Assembly: GCA_038143065.1 (NCBI GenBank)
Contig: JAYQLI010000033.1
Coordinates: 37,906-101,905, forward strand
Length of the DNA: 64,000 bases
Source: Rhodospirillales bacterium
GTDB lineage: Bacteria > Pseudomonadota > Alphaproteobacteria > Bin95
Direction: 5' to 3'
Part shown: positions 1 to 11,320 of the stretch, in pieces
Position numbering within the stretch: the stretch's first letter is position 1
How the letters are laid out: each line of letters starts with the position of its first letter
Position numbers and translations under genes: made by a program
The notes under the pieces: generated by a model
What the model was told of the DNA's origin: nothing
The model's input: the letters and a program-made list of their open reading frames with translations, nothing else
Databases searched by the model: none

Positions 1-1200
1 ATAGTGATTTTGAAAACAGGTTTGACCAATCAATTGTTGACGCGCCACGCAGTGGTAATTCAAACGCGCCGTTTGAGGGGGACTTTGACGCAATCAGCAA
101 TGTATCGTCAAAGGAAGGGTTCTATCCAGGGCTTTTCCGCCAGTTAAATCTTGCGATAGACGATCCTAAGCAGCGCTTGATTGCCGGTCATTTTGTAAAT
201 GCGCTGGAGCCAAGTGGCTGGATTGGGATGCTGGTTCAAGATGTGGCTGATGCCAGCGGTTGCAACCTTGACGAGGCCGAGGACGTCTTGGCTATTTTGC
301 AGACCTTTGAGCCAACCGGGCTTTTTGCGCGCAATCTTGAGGATTGTTTGCGTCTGCAACTAATCGAGAAGGGCGCGATGACCGATGCATTTTCAACCTT
401 GTTAGAAAATCTGGACCTGCTGGGTCGCGGTGAGGTGAAACGCCTTGCAAGGCTTATCAAAGGGACGACAGATGATGTCATGGATATGCTGGCAATTATC
501 CGAACATTAAACCCAAAGCCTGGCGAATTTTTAGGAATTGACCATCTTGAGATGCCAAGCCCAGACGTCATTGTAAAGCGACGCTCAGACGGCTGGGCGG
601 TTGAGCTGAACCGGTCAACCTTGCCAGCGATCGTGATTAATGAGGATTACGCCAACCTGGTTGCAACAAAAAAGATGGATGAGCAGGCGCAAAACTATTC
701 GGCAACCGCCCTGAATAATGCCCGGTGGCTAAAGCGTGCGGTTGAACAGCGCAATTCAACGACCTTAAAAATCAGCGCTGAAATTATTCGTCAGCAAACT
801 GATTTTTTTGGAAAAGGGGCTGGATTATCTAAAGCCGTTATCATTGCGTGATGTGGCGCAGGCGGTCGGTATGCATGAAAGCACTGTCAGCCGTGTTACC
901 ACCGGCTTACTAATTGCAACGCCGCGCGGAGGAATGCCTCTTAAATCGTTCTTTAGTGTTAATATTGCATCGCGTGCGCCGTCAGGTGATGCGTCGGCAG
1001 CGGCGGTTCGTAATATGGTAAAGCGACTTGATTATGCAGGAGACGCCGGGCAAGCCGTTAAGTGATGAAGCAATTTGCAAAATGATCGCTGGAGAGGGAT
1101 TGATCTTGCCCGCCGGACAGTCGCTAAATACCGCGAAATGATGAATATTCCGTCATCGTCACAACGCCGGATGCAGGCACGTCTTGCAAATATTCGGTAG
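1..1200 (+). CDS. rpoN: RNA polymerase sigma-54 factor (5' end outside window; split by frameshifts)
   Basis: ORFs 177-851 and 808-1065 plus the downstream frame: LQTFEPTGLFARNLEDCL, HESTVSRVT helix-turn-helix and RpoN box ARRTVAKYRE near 1108; stop TAG at 1198-1200. Confidence 0.93.
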
Positions 1201-1302
1201 AGATTTACTTAGCGCTTTTATTTGACGCTCCCTGTGCTTGACCGTTAGCCGGATTTTGGGTGCCGGTCTTGTCAAAGTGGGCGCAGGTCAGAAGTGTGCG
1301 GG

Positions 1303-1533
1303 CTATTTTGTTGCGTGCGCCGCAACTAATGAACGTGTGATCAGATATTCTTCACTGGTTAGTGGCTGGTCACTGATAAATTTACCAAGAGGAACGATAT
1401 GCTGGCTTTCCGGCTTGTCGTCCTGATCGAAATGAACAAACTCGATGCCAAGGTCTTTTGCGTCATGGCGTGTTTTCTTGGCAAAGGCCAACTCGGCTTC
1501 AGCAGTAAAAACTGGTTTTGTCTGGCGGCTCAT
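1303..1533 (-). CDS. small hypothetical protein (76 aa)
   Basis: Clean ORF with GAGGAG RBS, convergent with rpoN, preceded by a sigma-54-like promoter. Confidence 0.6.
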   Translation of the reverse strand: MSRQTKPVFTAEAELAFAKKTRHDAKDLGIEFVHFDQDDKPESQHIVPLGKFISDQPLTSEEYLITRSLVAAHATK

Positions 1534-1596
1534 CCGGTTCTCCTCTTAGGTATTGCCAACACTATCTTTTGACAGTGCGTGCTGTTTCTATGGTAA

Positions 1597-1612
1597 TGCA
1601 TTTCGCATGCCA
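1597..1612 (-). promoter_or_regulatory. putative sigma-54 (-24/-12) promoter
   Basis: Minus strand TGGCATGCGAAATGCA has GG and GC at canonical TGGCAC-N5-TTGC spacing, about 65 bp upstream of ORF 1303-1533. Confidence 0.5.
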
Positions 1613-1663
1613 TTTGGCGCAAGAGATGCATCTAAAGAATTGGGAATAGGGTCTTGGTGGCGG

Positions 1664-3524
1664 CTATTCAATAAGGCTGGTTTGCCGTAACTCACCTGCA
1701 ACGCTGATCTGCCGTCCGACATTCATAAACTTAACCGGATCGATGGATTTGTTGTTGATCCGAATTTCATAATGTAGATGAGCGCCCGCTGATTTGCCAG
1801 TATTGCCCATTTTGCCAATGATATGATTTTCGCCAATATAATCGCCGCGTTTGACAGTGATGCGGGCGAGATGCGCATATGTGGTAATCACGCCAAAATC
1901 ATGCTCTATCCTCACGACCTTGCCGAACGAGCCTTCAGTGCCAGCATAGATTACTGTTCCCGGGGCGGCGGCGCGCACATTTTCCTGCCATGTGCCAGCC
2001 AAATCAACACCGTGATGGAATGTTACCTTGCTAGTCTTCGGATGTTTACGATTTCCGTAATCACTTGAAATGTAGAAATACAGCATTGGGGGTTTGAATG
2101 GTATTTTCCGCAATACTCCCCGATGTTCGGCAAGGTTGATCATCACATCCTTTAGAGTTGGATCGTTGGCACTGTCATCTAGTGGGAGTGGTTCCGGCAG
2201 GGCCTCAGTGGCAATGCCAAGGCCGGTCACAGTCGCGCGGATGTAATCAATCTCTTGTTTTAGCGATAACAGCATTTTTCTGGTGCGGGTCGCATCGGTC
2301 ACAAGTGGTATTACTGGTCCTTGCTGGTTGGCGAAAAATCCTGATTGCAGTCCATCATCTTGAGGGTATTGCGGTACTGCGGTCACTGTATTGGCCTTTT
2401 CTGCAGGCGGCAAAGGCTGGGTCAAACCATCTGAAAAGTCACGTGACATGTGGCGGTCATGGATAGCCTCATCACTTTTACCATCGTCCAAAGCGCCGTT
2501 GTTTTCAATTTGTCACAGGCTCAGTTTTTTTAGGCTTACTTGTGAAATTTGGTAAAAGCGCTATCGCAATTTCCTGTGCGCGTGCAGATAAGCTGTTTTC
2601 AAGTATAGGCGAAGGGCGCGCAACATTCATCATCGTTGGCGCGTCAGGTTCTCCTGGGCTAACCAATTGTGACAGGTTAGAAGCTGACGCCAGCTCTGTG
2701 TAGGGCGCGGTATTCACAACTGCCTCTGCATTTTCCTCAGCCTCATTCATATTTTGAAGAGGGACTTCAGGAGTGGGCAGCGCTTTTATATCAGCCATCA
2801 TGCCAATCGCTGCCTCGCTCTCAACGGTAATCCGTTTGCCGCCTTGAATAATCATTGGCATGTTGTCAGATACCGATTGCGACGAAGAGGATGTAATTTT
2901 TTGGTTCTTTGGAACCGTATTGATTTGCGGGGTTTGAGGAGTAAGTAGATCAGGCTTGGCCATGATCCGGCCGACAATAGGTCGCGCTGGCTGCGCTATT
3001 TTTCCTTCAATTCCAGTTAGGTACATTCCATCTAGTTCCACAGATCGGTAATCGCTCCACTGTTTGACATCAGCTTGAGGCGTTCTGTCTTGAGCGATAA
3101 CTGGCTGAGGTATGTTAGCAAACTTGGGTTTTGAGGTGGTTTTCAGTTTGCTGGTGGCTGGGGCGTCAGTTGAGTTAATGCTTGCTTCCGTGGTTTTGAT
3201 GGTTTCTTCTCGCCCAACCTTAGTGAAGCTATAGCTCCCGATCAGGTTTGAATAGAAAATTGTGGCAATGCCAGCCATGCGAACAAGAACACCTGTGAGC
3301 ACGAATGATGGCTTTGACTTAACCCCGACAGGTCGATCGCAGGTAGAAACCAAGGGCCTGTTTTCATGCAAAACCGATTCTTTATCAGTAATAATTGGTC
3401 CTATATCTGTCTGATTAACATGTTTCAGTTCAGGGCTAAAATTATCATAAAGGCGTGTTAGACCAATGGTGTTTGCAATTTTTATCTCACCTGATCCGAT
3501 CGCAGTCCTGCCCTTACTTGTCAT
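1664..3524 (-). CDS. M23 family peptidoglycan endopeptidase with long N-terminal TM/low-complexity region (probably one gene, frameshifted near 2510)
   Basis: C-terminal HHGVD...YAHL...GAHLHYEI LytM motifs in 1664-2491; upstream ORF 2505-3524 has a TM segment and Pro/Ser/Thr-rich linker. Confidence 0.85.
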
Positions 3525-3531
3525 GCCACTC

Positions 3532-3912
3532 TTATCCCAGTTTTATCCAAGCCATTAATATCAGCAAGATGTTGGTAATCAACTGAATGCCAATCACCAC
3601 CAAAAGCAGTTTGTTAGTTGTTTGATTACGAATATTCAATTGGAAAGCTGGCATGTTCAAGTTGTTTTCCAGACTTTTGTGTGTGTCTGATAAAGAGCCG
3701 GAAATTGGCTTCGGCAAAGCTGTTCCCAAGACTTCAGGTCTGTACTGGCTGGCGCTGGCCTCGGTTACTGGTTCCGTTGCAAGCGAAGTATCGCTATTGT
3801 GGCCAGCGCTCTGGGGTGCATTTCCAACCCCACGATTAGCGACAATCGCTGCAGAAACTTCGTTTCGCATTTCTTCTATTCTTTTGCGAAGATCAACAAC
3901 GTCATCAGCCAT
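3532..3912 (-). CDS. hypothetical tail-anchored membrane protein
   Basis: N-terminal coiled-coil-like helix, C-terminal hydrophobic helix; directly upstream of the M23 gene. Confidence 0.6.
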   Translation of the reverse strand: MADDVVDLRKRIEEMRNEVSAAIVANRGVGNAPQSAGHNSDTSLATEPVTEASASQYRPEVLGTALPKPISGSLSDTHKSLENNLNMPAFQLNIRNQTTNKLLLVVIGIQLITNILLILMAWIKLG

Positions 3913-4346
3913 GGTTTTTTTATGATTGCATTAAAAATTTTATTAAATCGTCGTTTTATTAAGTATTGTTGTCTTCTCAATAAGCAAACGACATGCCATC
4001 GTTTGATGTTGAAAACACCCGAAACTAGATTTTAACGTAAATTTCCTTTTTGATGATACAAAAGACTTTACTAAAAAAATATGGTTTAAGACTTTTTCGA
4101 GAATCAAAGGTACAGAAAGTTTGCAAATATCCACTTTTATCAACCAAATAATATCGATTATGTCGCCAAATAGTCTGTTTGTGCGAGTCAACGGATTGAT
4201 GACCGAATATTGCCCGCTACTGATGACTGGCCAGATTGACGGAAATATCAAAGCTGAGATTTTTTATGTCACATAACCCGCGGTTGTTAATGGCGATATA
4301 ACGGCGGATAATTTGGCGTAACTTTCAAATAAAGAGGCAAAAACAG

Positions 4347-4785
4347 TTGGATAAGCTGGGTAACAAGACAATTATTAGCTCTAGTGCGTCATTTATTGGC
4401 AAGATTATCAATGCTGGTGTTATTGATGTTCACGGGAAGGTAAGTGCTGATTTGAGCACTGAAAAAATCACCATAAGTGAAACCGGTCAGTTCCGTGGTG
4501 CTATTCGAGCTGAATTAGTTGTTATTTCTGGGGATTATGATGGCCAAATGGAAGCTGGCAGTGTGTGGGCAACCTCAACTGCTCGTATTTCAGGAAAGTT
4601 GCAATACAAAAAATTGCAGATGTATCGTGGAGAAGCATTTGAATTGCCATGTATTGCACAATTGGGACACGAAGGCCGATGTTACGGATAAAAATCAGGA
4701 AACCGGACCAGATAAATTCCTCCCTGGGATCGGGTCTGGGGCCAAGATCGCCAACAATAACTCATCTCGAAAGAAGGGTGCCTGA
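4347..4785 (+). CDS. bactofilin (polymer-forming cytoskeletal protein), frameshifted near 4640
   Basis: TIISSSASFIGKI...VHGKVSADL...ISETGQFRGAIRAELVVISG beta-helix repeats. Confidence 0.8.
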
Positions 4786-4788
4786 CGC

Positions 4789-5148
4789 ATGTTGATCAGA
4801 CCAAAGGAGCAAACGCCCACCCCTCAAGAGCATGCGACTTATATTCTTTTCGGATTGGTGATGGAAGGCTCACTCGATGGTGGTGAGTTTCCAGTTGTGA
4901 TAGATGGCAGTTTTAAAGGGGACATAACCGCGAATGAGCTAACCATAAGCGAGCAGGGAAGTGTAACCGGTAAGATTAAAGCCAGCAGTGTCAAGATTAA
5001 CGGTAAATTTAGTGGTGAAATAATTTGTGAAAGTCTGACGGTTAGTGCAACTGGTAAGGTTGAGGGTGAGGTTCAGGCCGACGCGTTGTCAATTGATCTT
5101 GGTGCTGAAGTGATTGGATCGATAAGCCGAGTTAATCGTGAACTCTGA
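4789..5148 (+). CDS. bactofilin (second copy)
   Basis: IDGSFKGDITANELTISEQGSVTGKIKASSVKINGKFSGEIICESLTV repeats. Confidence 0.85.
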   Translation: MLIRPKEQTPTPQEHATYILFGLVMEGSLDGGEFPVVIDGSFKGDITANELTISEQGSVTGKIKASSVKINGKFSGEIICESLTVSATGKVEGEVQADALSIDLGAEVIGSISRVNREL

Positions 5149-5274
5149 TTGCTGATAACTTTTCTCAAGACCCGCTCTAAATCCTACTTTCAGACCTGCT
5201 CCTACGATAAAATGCTCGCGGTCTTGGAGCTCTAGCAACTTATATTTTTGTCGTCAGGCGTAGGGCGCGTTTGC

Positions 5275-5583
5275 CTACGCATCCTCATCGAGCTGCTTCG
5301 AAATATCATCACACAGTTCAGCGGTAACAATGCATTCATTCATAAAAGCCATGGTCTCCGCTCGGCCCTGAAGCTGAAACATTCGCATTGCAGCATAGCG
5401 CCCGGCGGCCATCGCAACTGTCAACGGCATATTCTCTGAGATGGCGAAAGTTTCCAACGCAGTCTCAATTGAATCCCGGATTTTCTCGACTTTGTGGATT
5501 TCTGTCTTAGACAAGCTCATCACATCATCACTGGTATTCGCTGTTTTACCCAGATACTGATTGAATTGGATAATCTCTGCCAT
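5275..5583 (-). CDS. hypothetical protein
   Basis: Clean 102-aa ORF tightly coupled to upstream 5587-6165. Confidence 0.6.
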   Translation of the reverse strand: MAEIIQFNQYLGKTANTSDDVMSLSKTEIHKVEKIRDSIETALETFAISENMPLTVAMAAGRYAAMRMFQLQGRAETMAFMNECIVTAELCDDISKQLDEDA

Positions 5584-5586
5584 AGC

Positions 5587-6165
5587 TTAATTTCCTCGGG
5601 CAAGTTTCAGCGGGCATTTCATCATCCGCGCTTCGATTTCAATATTTGCTGATGCGAATGTGTTTAGATCGCTGTGTTTCATCGTCAATGGAACAAGAAT
5701 ATTCGTGTTTAATCTGTAGGCCTCATTTTTTAAAATGATGATCGCATCATCCATTTTTCCGGTGTGCTTAACTTCTATAATCCCAATGGTGCTGCAGCCG
5801 GCCAACTGACTGTTTGTGCGGTTGCTGAATTGAATATTTTGTGTTCCGTCTATTGGTGTAGCAGTGTTTTTGTTTACTTCTACCGCCTGATCATTTGCGT
5901 TATTTTTAACCGCCATAAAGTGTTTGTCATTAAATTCATCAATAAGTGCGTTAGCAAGATCGTGCGCGACATCTGCCTTTACCTGCTCTGATCTCAGTGC
6001 ATCCCATTCATCGGTTGGCACAACCACGACCGAGGCCTTGCCGTTCTTACGATTATCAATCAGAAGCTGGCAGCCTGCTGTCATGTAGCCGATGATTGTG
6101 ATTGCAGTGATTGTGAAAAGTTTTTTGTGCACGACCGTGAACCAATTGATTGTCGAATTACTCAT
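5587..6165 (-). CDS. putative lipoprotein (C-terminal DUF4156-like region)
   Basis: Hydrophobic signal ending in lipobox-like TAGC; C-terminal C...LKNEAYRLNTN...C pattern. Confidence 0.5.
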   Translation of the reverse strand: MSNSTINWFTVVHKKLFTITAITIIGYMTAGCQLLIDNRKNGKASVVVVPTDEWDALRSEQVKADVAHDLANALIDEFNDKHFMAVKNNANDQAVEVNKNTATPIDGTQNIQFSNRTNSQLAGCSTIGIIEVKHTGKMDDAIIILKNEAYRLNTNILVPLTMKHSDLNTFASANIEIEARMMKCPLKLARGN

Positions 6166-6511
6166 GTGGTGGAACGACCCACCAGCATAAATGTTTACCC
6201 AATTTTCAATTTTCTGAACGCTAACTCATGGAGACGCCGAGATCGTGGCGGTGTTGTTTTGATATGTAGAGAATTTAAATAATTGAATTTATTGAATCGG
6301 AGAGATAGCCACCGACAGATTTCCTCTGGGATGAATGCATGCTAGGCATAGGAAACTTGCTCTGCCTAACTTACTAATTATCGTTGGTCTGGTGGACGTT
6401 ATTTTTGTCAAAACTGCGCCCTTTACGGTTTGTTTTTCAGGTCGATATGTTTTTATTCTGAGGGAATAAGCTGGGCAAAAAAGGTAAAACAGCCTGAGGG
6501 GGTAAGACGCT

Positions 6512-6980
6512 ATGGATCAAGTGTCCTTGACCATAAAGCCTGATTTGATTGCGCGCATTTGTGCGCTTTGTGATGGAAGACGACAAGATTGCGATTATGG
6601 CAACTGTCTCGGCGGAATTATATCACGGGGTTGACGGGTTCGATTGGGTCGGCTTTTATCGAGTAGTATCGCCAGGTCTGATGAAAATTGGCCCCTACCA
6701 AGGTGGTCATGGTTGCCTTGTTATCCCGTTTGAACGTGGTGTATGCGGTGCGGCGGCGCGACAAAAGGCTATCCAGATTGTTGACGATGTTGAGAGGTTT
6801 GACGGGCATATCGCCTGTTCAGCGAGCACTAAATCTGAATTGGTTATTCCATGCTTTGACGCCTGTGGGGAATTGCTCGGAGTGCTTGATATCGACTCTG
6901 ACAAGCCCGCCTTTTTCAACACAGGGGATGCGCGGAAACTTGACCAGATGCTACGCTGCCTCTTTTCTGGAGCTAACTGA
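6512..6980 (+). CDS. GAF-domain protein, free methionine-R-sulfoxide reductase (MsrC/YebR)-like
   Basis: DWVGFY, GPYQGGHGCLVIPFERGVCG, HIACSASTKSELVIP, GVLDIDS; 5' frameshift. Confidence 0.85.
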
Positions 6981-7032
6981 TGTGCATTCTTATTGTTCGT
7001 ATATCTTGTTTTTTAGATCACTGGCGTTAAAA

Positions 7033-7045
7033 TGACTGATAGTCA
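7033..7045. promoter_or_regulatory. palindromic operator, probably for the adjacent TetR
   Basis: TGACT-gat-AGTCA inverted repeat 21 bp upstream of the TetR start. Confidence 0.5.
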
Positions 7046-7066
7046 GTTAACTTTAGGCTAAACAGG

Positions 7067-7729
7067 ATGCAAGTCAAACAACGTGCCCGATCAAAGATGG
7101 CGAAATCAGAACGCGAAAACAGTATTTTGATGGCAGCTGAGATGTTGCTGCGCCAATTAAGCTATGACGCCATGACGATGCAAGCAGTTGCCACTGCGGC
7201 CGGTCTTGCCAAGGGAACACTCTATCTCTATTTCGCTAGCCGAGAGTCACTTATTATAGCGGTTTATGGACGATTGTTCGACCGCTGGATTGACCGGTTT
7301 GTCGTTTCTCAGTCGGAACAGACCTGCGTTGATGGATTTTGCCGAGATTTTGCGCGTTTCTATGCTGATGACCCGCTTTTTCTGCAATTGGCTGGTGTTG
7401 CCAATACCTTTTTGGAACCTCATCTTGATCATGCCGCCTACATTGTTGGCAGGCAGGGGATGATACGGCGGGTCAAACGTCTGTCTGGACGCGTGAGCCA
7501 GCAATTTGGGGTTACCCCCGTCGATGCGCAAAAATTGATTTGGGGACTGTTGACGATTGCTGGCGGTGCTGCACAGTTATCGGTTCAATCGCCATTCGCC
7601 AAACCTGAACTGCCAAGTGATATTGCGTCCTTTAATGAGCTTGCGCATTTCGAAACTGTTTTTTTTAATGTGGCATTGCCTTTTGGTAGGGGTATTATCC
7701 AAATCCAACCCCCGCTTATCAGAAAGTAA
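7067..7729 (+). CDS. TetR family transcriptional regulator
   Basis: N-terminal HTH TMQAVATAAGLAKGTLYLYFASRE. Confidence 0.92.
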   Translation: MQVKQRARSKMAKSERENSILMAAEMLLRQLSYDAMTMQAVATAAGLAKGTLYLYFASRESLIIAVYGRLFDRWIDRFVVSQSEQTCVDGFCRDFARFYADDPLFLQLAGVANTFLEPHLDHAAYIVGRQGMIRRVKRLSGRVSQQFGVTPVDAQKLIWGLLTIAGGAAQLSVQSPFAKPELPSDIASFNELAHFETVFFNVALPFGRGIIQIQPPLIRK

Positions 7730-7804
7730 AACTAATTGAGCCTTTCCCATTATCAGGCGTATCATCTGGCGATACATCATTAATAATTTTGTGGGGACTT
7801 TGTT

Positions 7805-8776
7805 GTGGGTGACCCGGTATTATTTGCTTATTCACTTAATCAGGCGGGCGGTGGTGCTGCTTTGCATGATGGCGAAGTTGCGCGCCTTTTAAAAGATGAT
7901 CAACTAGCTTGGGCACACCTCAATGCTGATCACCCCGAAACCGCAAAATGGCTGCGACATGAAGTTACCTATCTTAATGATTTTGTAGTCAATGCCTTGC
8001 TTGCTGATGAGACCCGCCCGCGCGTTGTGTCAATGGGTGAGGGAGTGCTGCTAATTTTGCGTGGGGTTAACTTGAATGATAATGCCAGCCCTGAGGATAT
8101 GGTCTCGATCCGGCTTTGGGTTGACCCCCATCGTATTATTTCCCTTCAACGGCGTAAGCTGAGAGCAGTTGGCGATCTGGCGGCAACATTAGAGGCTGGT
8201 AAAGGGCCCAAGGGTAGTGCTGACTTTGTTACCATGCTTATTGACCTTTTGTTTGCGCGAATGGCACCAGTTGTCACTAGCCTAGGCGAGGAGATGGACG
8301 ATATCGAAGAGGATATATTGAATGGTGGCGCCAACACATTGCGTGAACAGATTGTCTCGATACGTAAGAAGGCGATCATCTTTAAGCGCTATATGGCGCC
8401 ACAGCGCGATTTGATTACGCATTTGCTAGAAGCAAAACGTGACTGGTTTGGGGAGAACAATGATCATCAGTTAATTGAGGCGCATAACAATATTACACGT
8501 TTTGTAGAAGAACTTGATTCAGTCCGTGAACGCTCACAAGTTATCAGCGACGAAGTGACCAATATTCTCACCGAGCGGTTGAACAAGAATATGTATGCGC
8601 TATCGGTTGTTGCGGCGATCTTTTTGCCAATGGGTTTCTTGACTGGTCTTTTGGGCGTTAATGTTGGAGGTATACCTGGGGCGGAAAATCCGCAAGCCTT
8701 TCTCACATTTTGCCTGTTATTGGCACTAGTGGTTGGGGTGCAAATTTTGTTTTTCCGTAAAATGCGTTGGTTCTAA
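7805..8776 (+). CDS. zntB: zinc transporter ZntB (CorA family)
   Basis: ETRPR, LRGVNLN...PEDMVSIRLW, GLLGVNVGGIPG signature and two C-terminal TMs. Confidence 0.9.
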   Translation: MGDPVLFAYSLNQAGGGAALHDGEVARLLKDDQLAWAHLNADHPETAKWLRHEVTYLNDFVVNALLADETRPRVVSMGEGVLLILRGVNLNDNASPEDMVSIRLWVDPHRIISLQRRKLRAVGDLAATLEAGKGPKGSADFVTMLIDLLFARMAPVVTSLGEEMDDIEEDILNGGANTLREQIVSIRKKAIIFKRYMAPQRDLITHLLEAKRDWFGENNDHQLIEAHNNITRFVEELDSVRERSQVISDEVTNILTERLNKNMYALSVVAAIFLPMGFLTGLLGVNVGGIPGAENPQAFLTFCLLLALVVGVQILFFRKMRWF

Positions 8777-8928
8777 AATTTTTGGTTTGTTCGGCCTTCC
8801 TGGCCGTCTGGTCCAATGTTAGTGAAATGTGTCGGAAACCTGAGGTTTAACTCAAGCATGGTTGATTTTGCTTGCCAGTGGGGACCTCGCTGAGGCACCG
8901 CAGCAATTTGTTTAGTAAGGACCTTTCA

Positions 8929-9223
8929 ATGCTTGTAGTTTGTGTTTTATTTTGAAATTAAACCAGTGTTCATTGATGCGTTTTTGGAGGTTATGCGAAA
9001 AAATGCGCTAGCCTCACTAAAAAATGAAATTGGGTGTCACCAATTCGACGTTAATCAAGACCCTCTCTCACCAAACAGCATATTCCTTTATGAACTTTAT
9101 GAAGATGCCGCCGCATTTGAACTTCATAAGCAGACTGATCACTATCTTGAGTTCAATGAGGCGATTGCGCCTATGATTATTGGGAAAACTTTGCGAATCT
9201 TAAAAAGGATGGAACTAGATTAG
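8929..9223 (+). CDS. antibiotic biosynthesis monooxygenase (ABM/LsrG-like) protein
   Basis: EIGCHQFDV...FLYELYEDAAAFELHKQTDHY. Confidence 0.8.
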
Positions 9224-9332
9224 ACAACCTGACACTCCATCTTGAATTTAATCCTGAATTGTGGCCGAAAACATTGGCCACTACTGCAGTCAATAATTTC
9301 AAGGCTTTAAAATTTTTACAGAGTGTCGTTAA

Positions 9333-9763
9333 ATGAAGTTGTCAAGTGATTTTCTTAGCCTTAGTTCTGTTTTGTGCGGGTTTTTGTTCATGAGTTTTTG
9401 GTTGCGCCTAAGTCTAGTATCAATCGTTGTGCTGTCTTTTCATGCCGCACAACCCGTATTCGCGGGCGGGAAGACCTATCAAGGAAGTGGTCATCAGCTC
9501 ACTGCACCCTTTGGTCAGATCTGAGGTTGAAATGGCCGCAAACGATTCTTGGCCGTGAAAAAGCGGAATGCCGTCGACGCGCCGTTGACAGCTCAGCTGG
9601 CAATACTCAGTGCCGGCTCTTAAAAACATACATTGACCCCGAGAGTGGTGAACGGATTTGTATCTACAAACGGCACGGTACAGGCCTAGAGGAACTTACT
9701 TTAAGCATGTCTGCCTTTTTGCATTGCCAGAAAGATTTTATGTGTAAGCGCACTGCAAAATAA
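9333..9763 (+). CDS. hypothetical exported Cys-containing protein (frameshifted)
   Basis: Signal-peptide-like 9333-9524 frame joins the Cys-rich C-terminal frame ending at 9763. Confidence 0.45.
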
Positions 9764-9815
9764 GTGACTCCAAAATTATATTTCCAAATTATCTTGTTAT
9801 ACCTATGCTTGGCGC

Positions 9816-10721
9816 ATGATTAGCCAAAGACGCGTATTTGAGATCATTGAAAAAGGTCAGGCTGATGACCGCGCAAGCCGTTATTGCGACCTATTCCTGT
9901 TCGCATTGATTCTATTGAATTTGCTTGCGGTCTGTTTGGAGACGATCGACACGCTCTATGCGCAATATAAAACTGCATTTACGGCGGTAGAGTTGGTATC
10001 GGTGACGATTTTCTCGATTGAGTATGGCTTACGAATCTGGTCATGTGCCGCCTCCCCTGATGGCAAATATAAAAGCGCATCGGGAAAACGCATGGGGTAT
10101 ATCTTCAGCTTTACCGGCATTATTGATTTGCTGGCGATTCTTCCAAGTATTATCCCGCTCTTGCTTGGTGGGGTGGATCTGCGCTGGCTGCGGATATTGC
10201 GGTTGATGCGGCTGTTGAAATTCTCGCATTATTCATCGGCGCTTGAAGATTTGATATCGGCGGTGCGTCATGAAAGCCGGTCATTCGCCGCAACCTTGTA
10301 TTTGCTGGTGCTGGCATTGCTGATTTCCAGCTCATTGATTTATGTTGCCGAACAGGATGTGCAGCCTGAACATTTTGGTTCCATCCCGCAGGCGATGTGG
10401 TGGACAGTTGTTACGCTAACGACCGTTGGTTATGGCGATATTGTGCCGCACACGGTGGCGGGTAAATTCATTGCAACGCTGACCGCGCTTATGGGGGTTT
10501 GTGTTGTTGCGCTCTTGACCGGTATTGTTGCCACGGGTTTTACCAATCAGGTGGCGATGCGTCGACACCGGCTTGAGGCCGAGATTTCATCCGCGCTTAG
10601 CGACGGTGTTATCACCAGTGATGAGCGCCAAAAAATTGATGATTTGCGGCAGCGTTTGAATATCTCCGAGGAGGATGCGCTGGCGATTATCAGCTATCTG
10701 GAGCGAAGTGACAAGAAATAG
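9816..10721 (+). CDS. voltage-gated potassium channel / ion transporter
   Basis: S4-like LRWLRILRLMRLLK and pore TLTTVGYGD. Confidence 0.93.
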   Translation: MISQRRVFEIIEKGQADDRASRYCDLFLFALILLNLLAVCLETIDTLYAQYKTAFTAVELVSVTIFSIEYGLRIWSCAASPDGKYKSASGKRMGYIFSFTGIIDLLAILPSIIPLLLGGVDLRWLRILRLMRLLKFSHYSSALEDLISAVRHESRSFAATLYLLVLALLISSSLIYVAEQDVQPEHFGSIPQAMWWTVVTLTTVGYGDIVPHTVAGKFIATLTALMGVCVVALLTGIVATGFTNQVAMRRHRLEAEISSALSDGVITSDERQKIDDLRQRLNISEEDALAIISYLERSDKK

Positions 10722-10762
10722 CCCGCTGTTTGTTTGGCGCCATTTGCTTGCAAATCGCTCGC

Positions 10763-11299
10763 CTAGGTGGATGGCGGGCTGGGCTTTTGCAACCGTTTGC
10801 CGCGCAATTTTGATGTAGCAAGGTAATCTTGCCATTCTTGATGTTTTTCAAGATCTGATAGATGTACATCGAGCGCGGAGTTAGCGATTTGGATTTCAAT
10901 GGTGAACTGAATCATTGCTGCAACCATTAGGATAATCGATGAGAAGAACAGCCAACTGCCAATTGTTTCGATGCCGAAATAAAGTGAAATCATTGCTGAT
11001 AGATTTAGGATGAAGGCAAGCGCGCCGCAGGTCTGGATAATCGCAATCAGCCGCAGACGCTGGCGCAGGCTGGCAATCTGGCGAAAAAAGCGGGCACTGT
11101 CATCAGTTGAAATATTTTCGTTGATGACCGTGTCGTGCAAATTACGGATCAGCCCAGCCAGTAGCGAATACCGATTGCCAAAATTAATCATCATTAGGGG
11201 TATTGCAGGGAACAAAACGCCAACAATAAGGATATTGAGCTGCATATTCGGTGAAACCCCAAAACGTAAATGAAGCTGACCGAATTTAGGAGATGGCAA
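10763..11299 (-). CDS. DUF2721-like membrane protein (true start probably MQLNI)
   Basis: LFPAIPLMMINFGNRY...RQRLRLI with three TM helices. Confidence 0.7.
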   Translation of the reverse strand: MPSPKFGQLHLRFGVSPNMQLNILIVGVLFPAIPLMMINFGNRYSLLAGLIRNLHDTVINENISTDDSARFFRQIASLRQRLRLIAIIQTCGALAFILNLSAMISLYFGIETIGSWLFFSSIILMVAAMIQFTIEIQIANSALDVHLSDLEKHQEWQDYLATSKLRGKRLQKPSPPST

Positions 11300-11320
11300 A
11301 AGCTAGCCGCCTGATCTGGA

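Noticed and set aside
3931-3946. CtrA box upstream of the M23 operon
   Set aside because: TTAA-N8-TTAA rather than N7, in a very AT-rich tract; unsupported without homologue alignment
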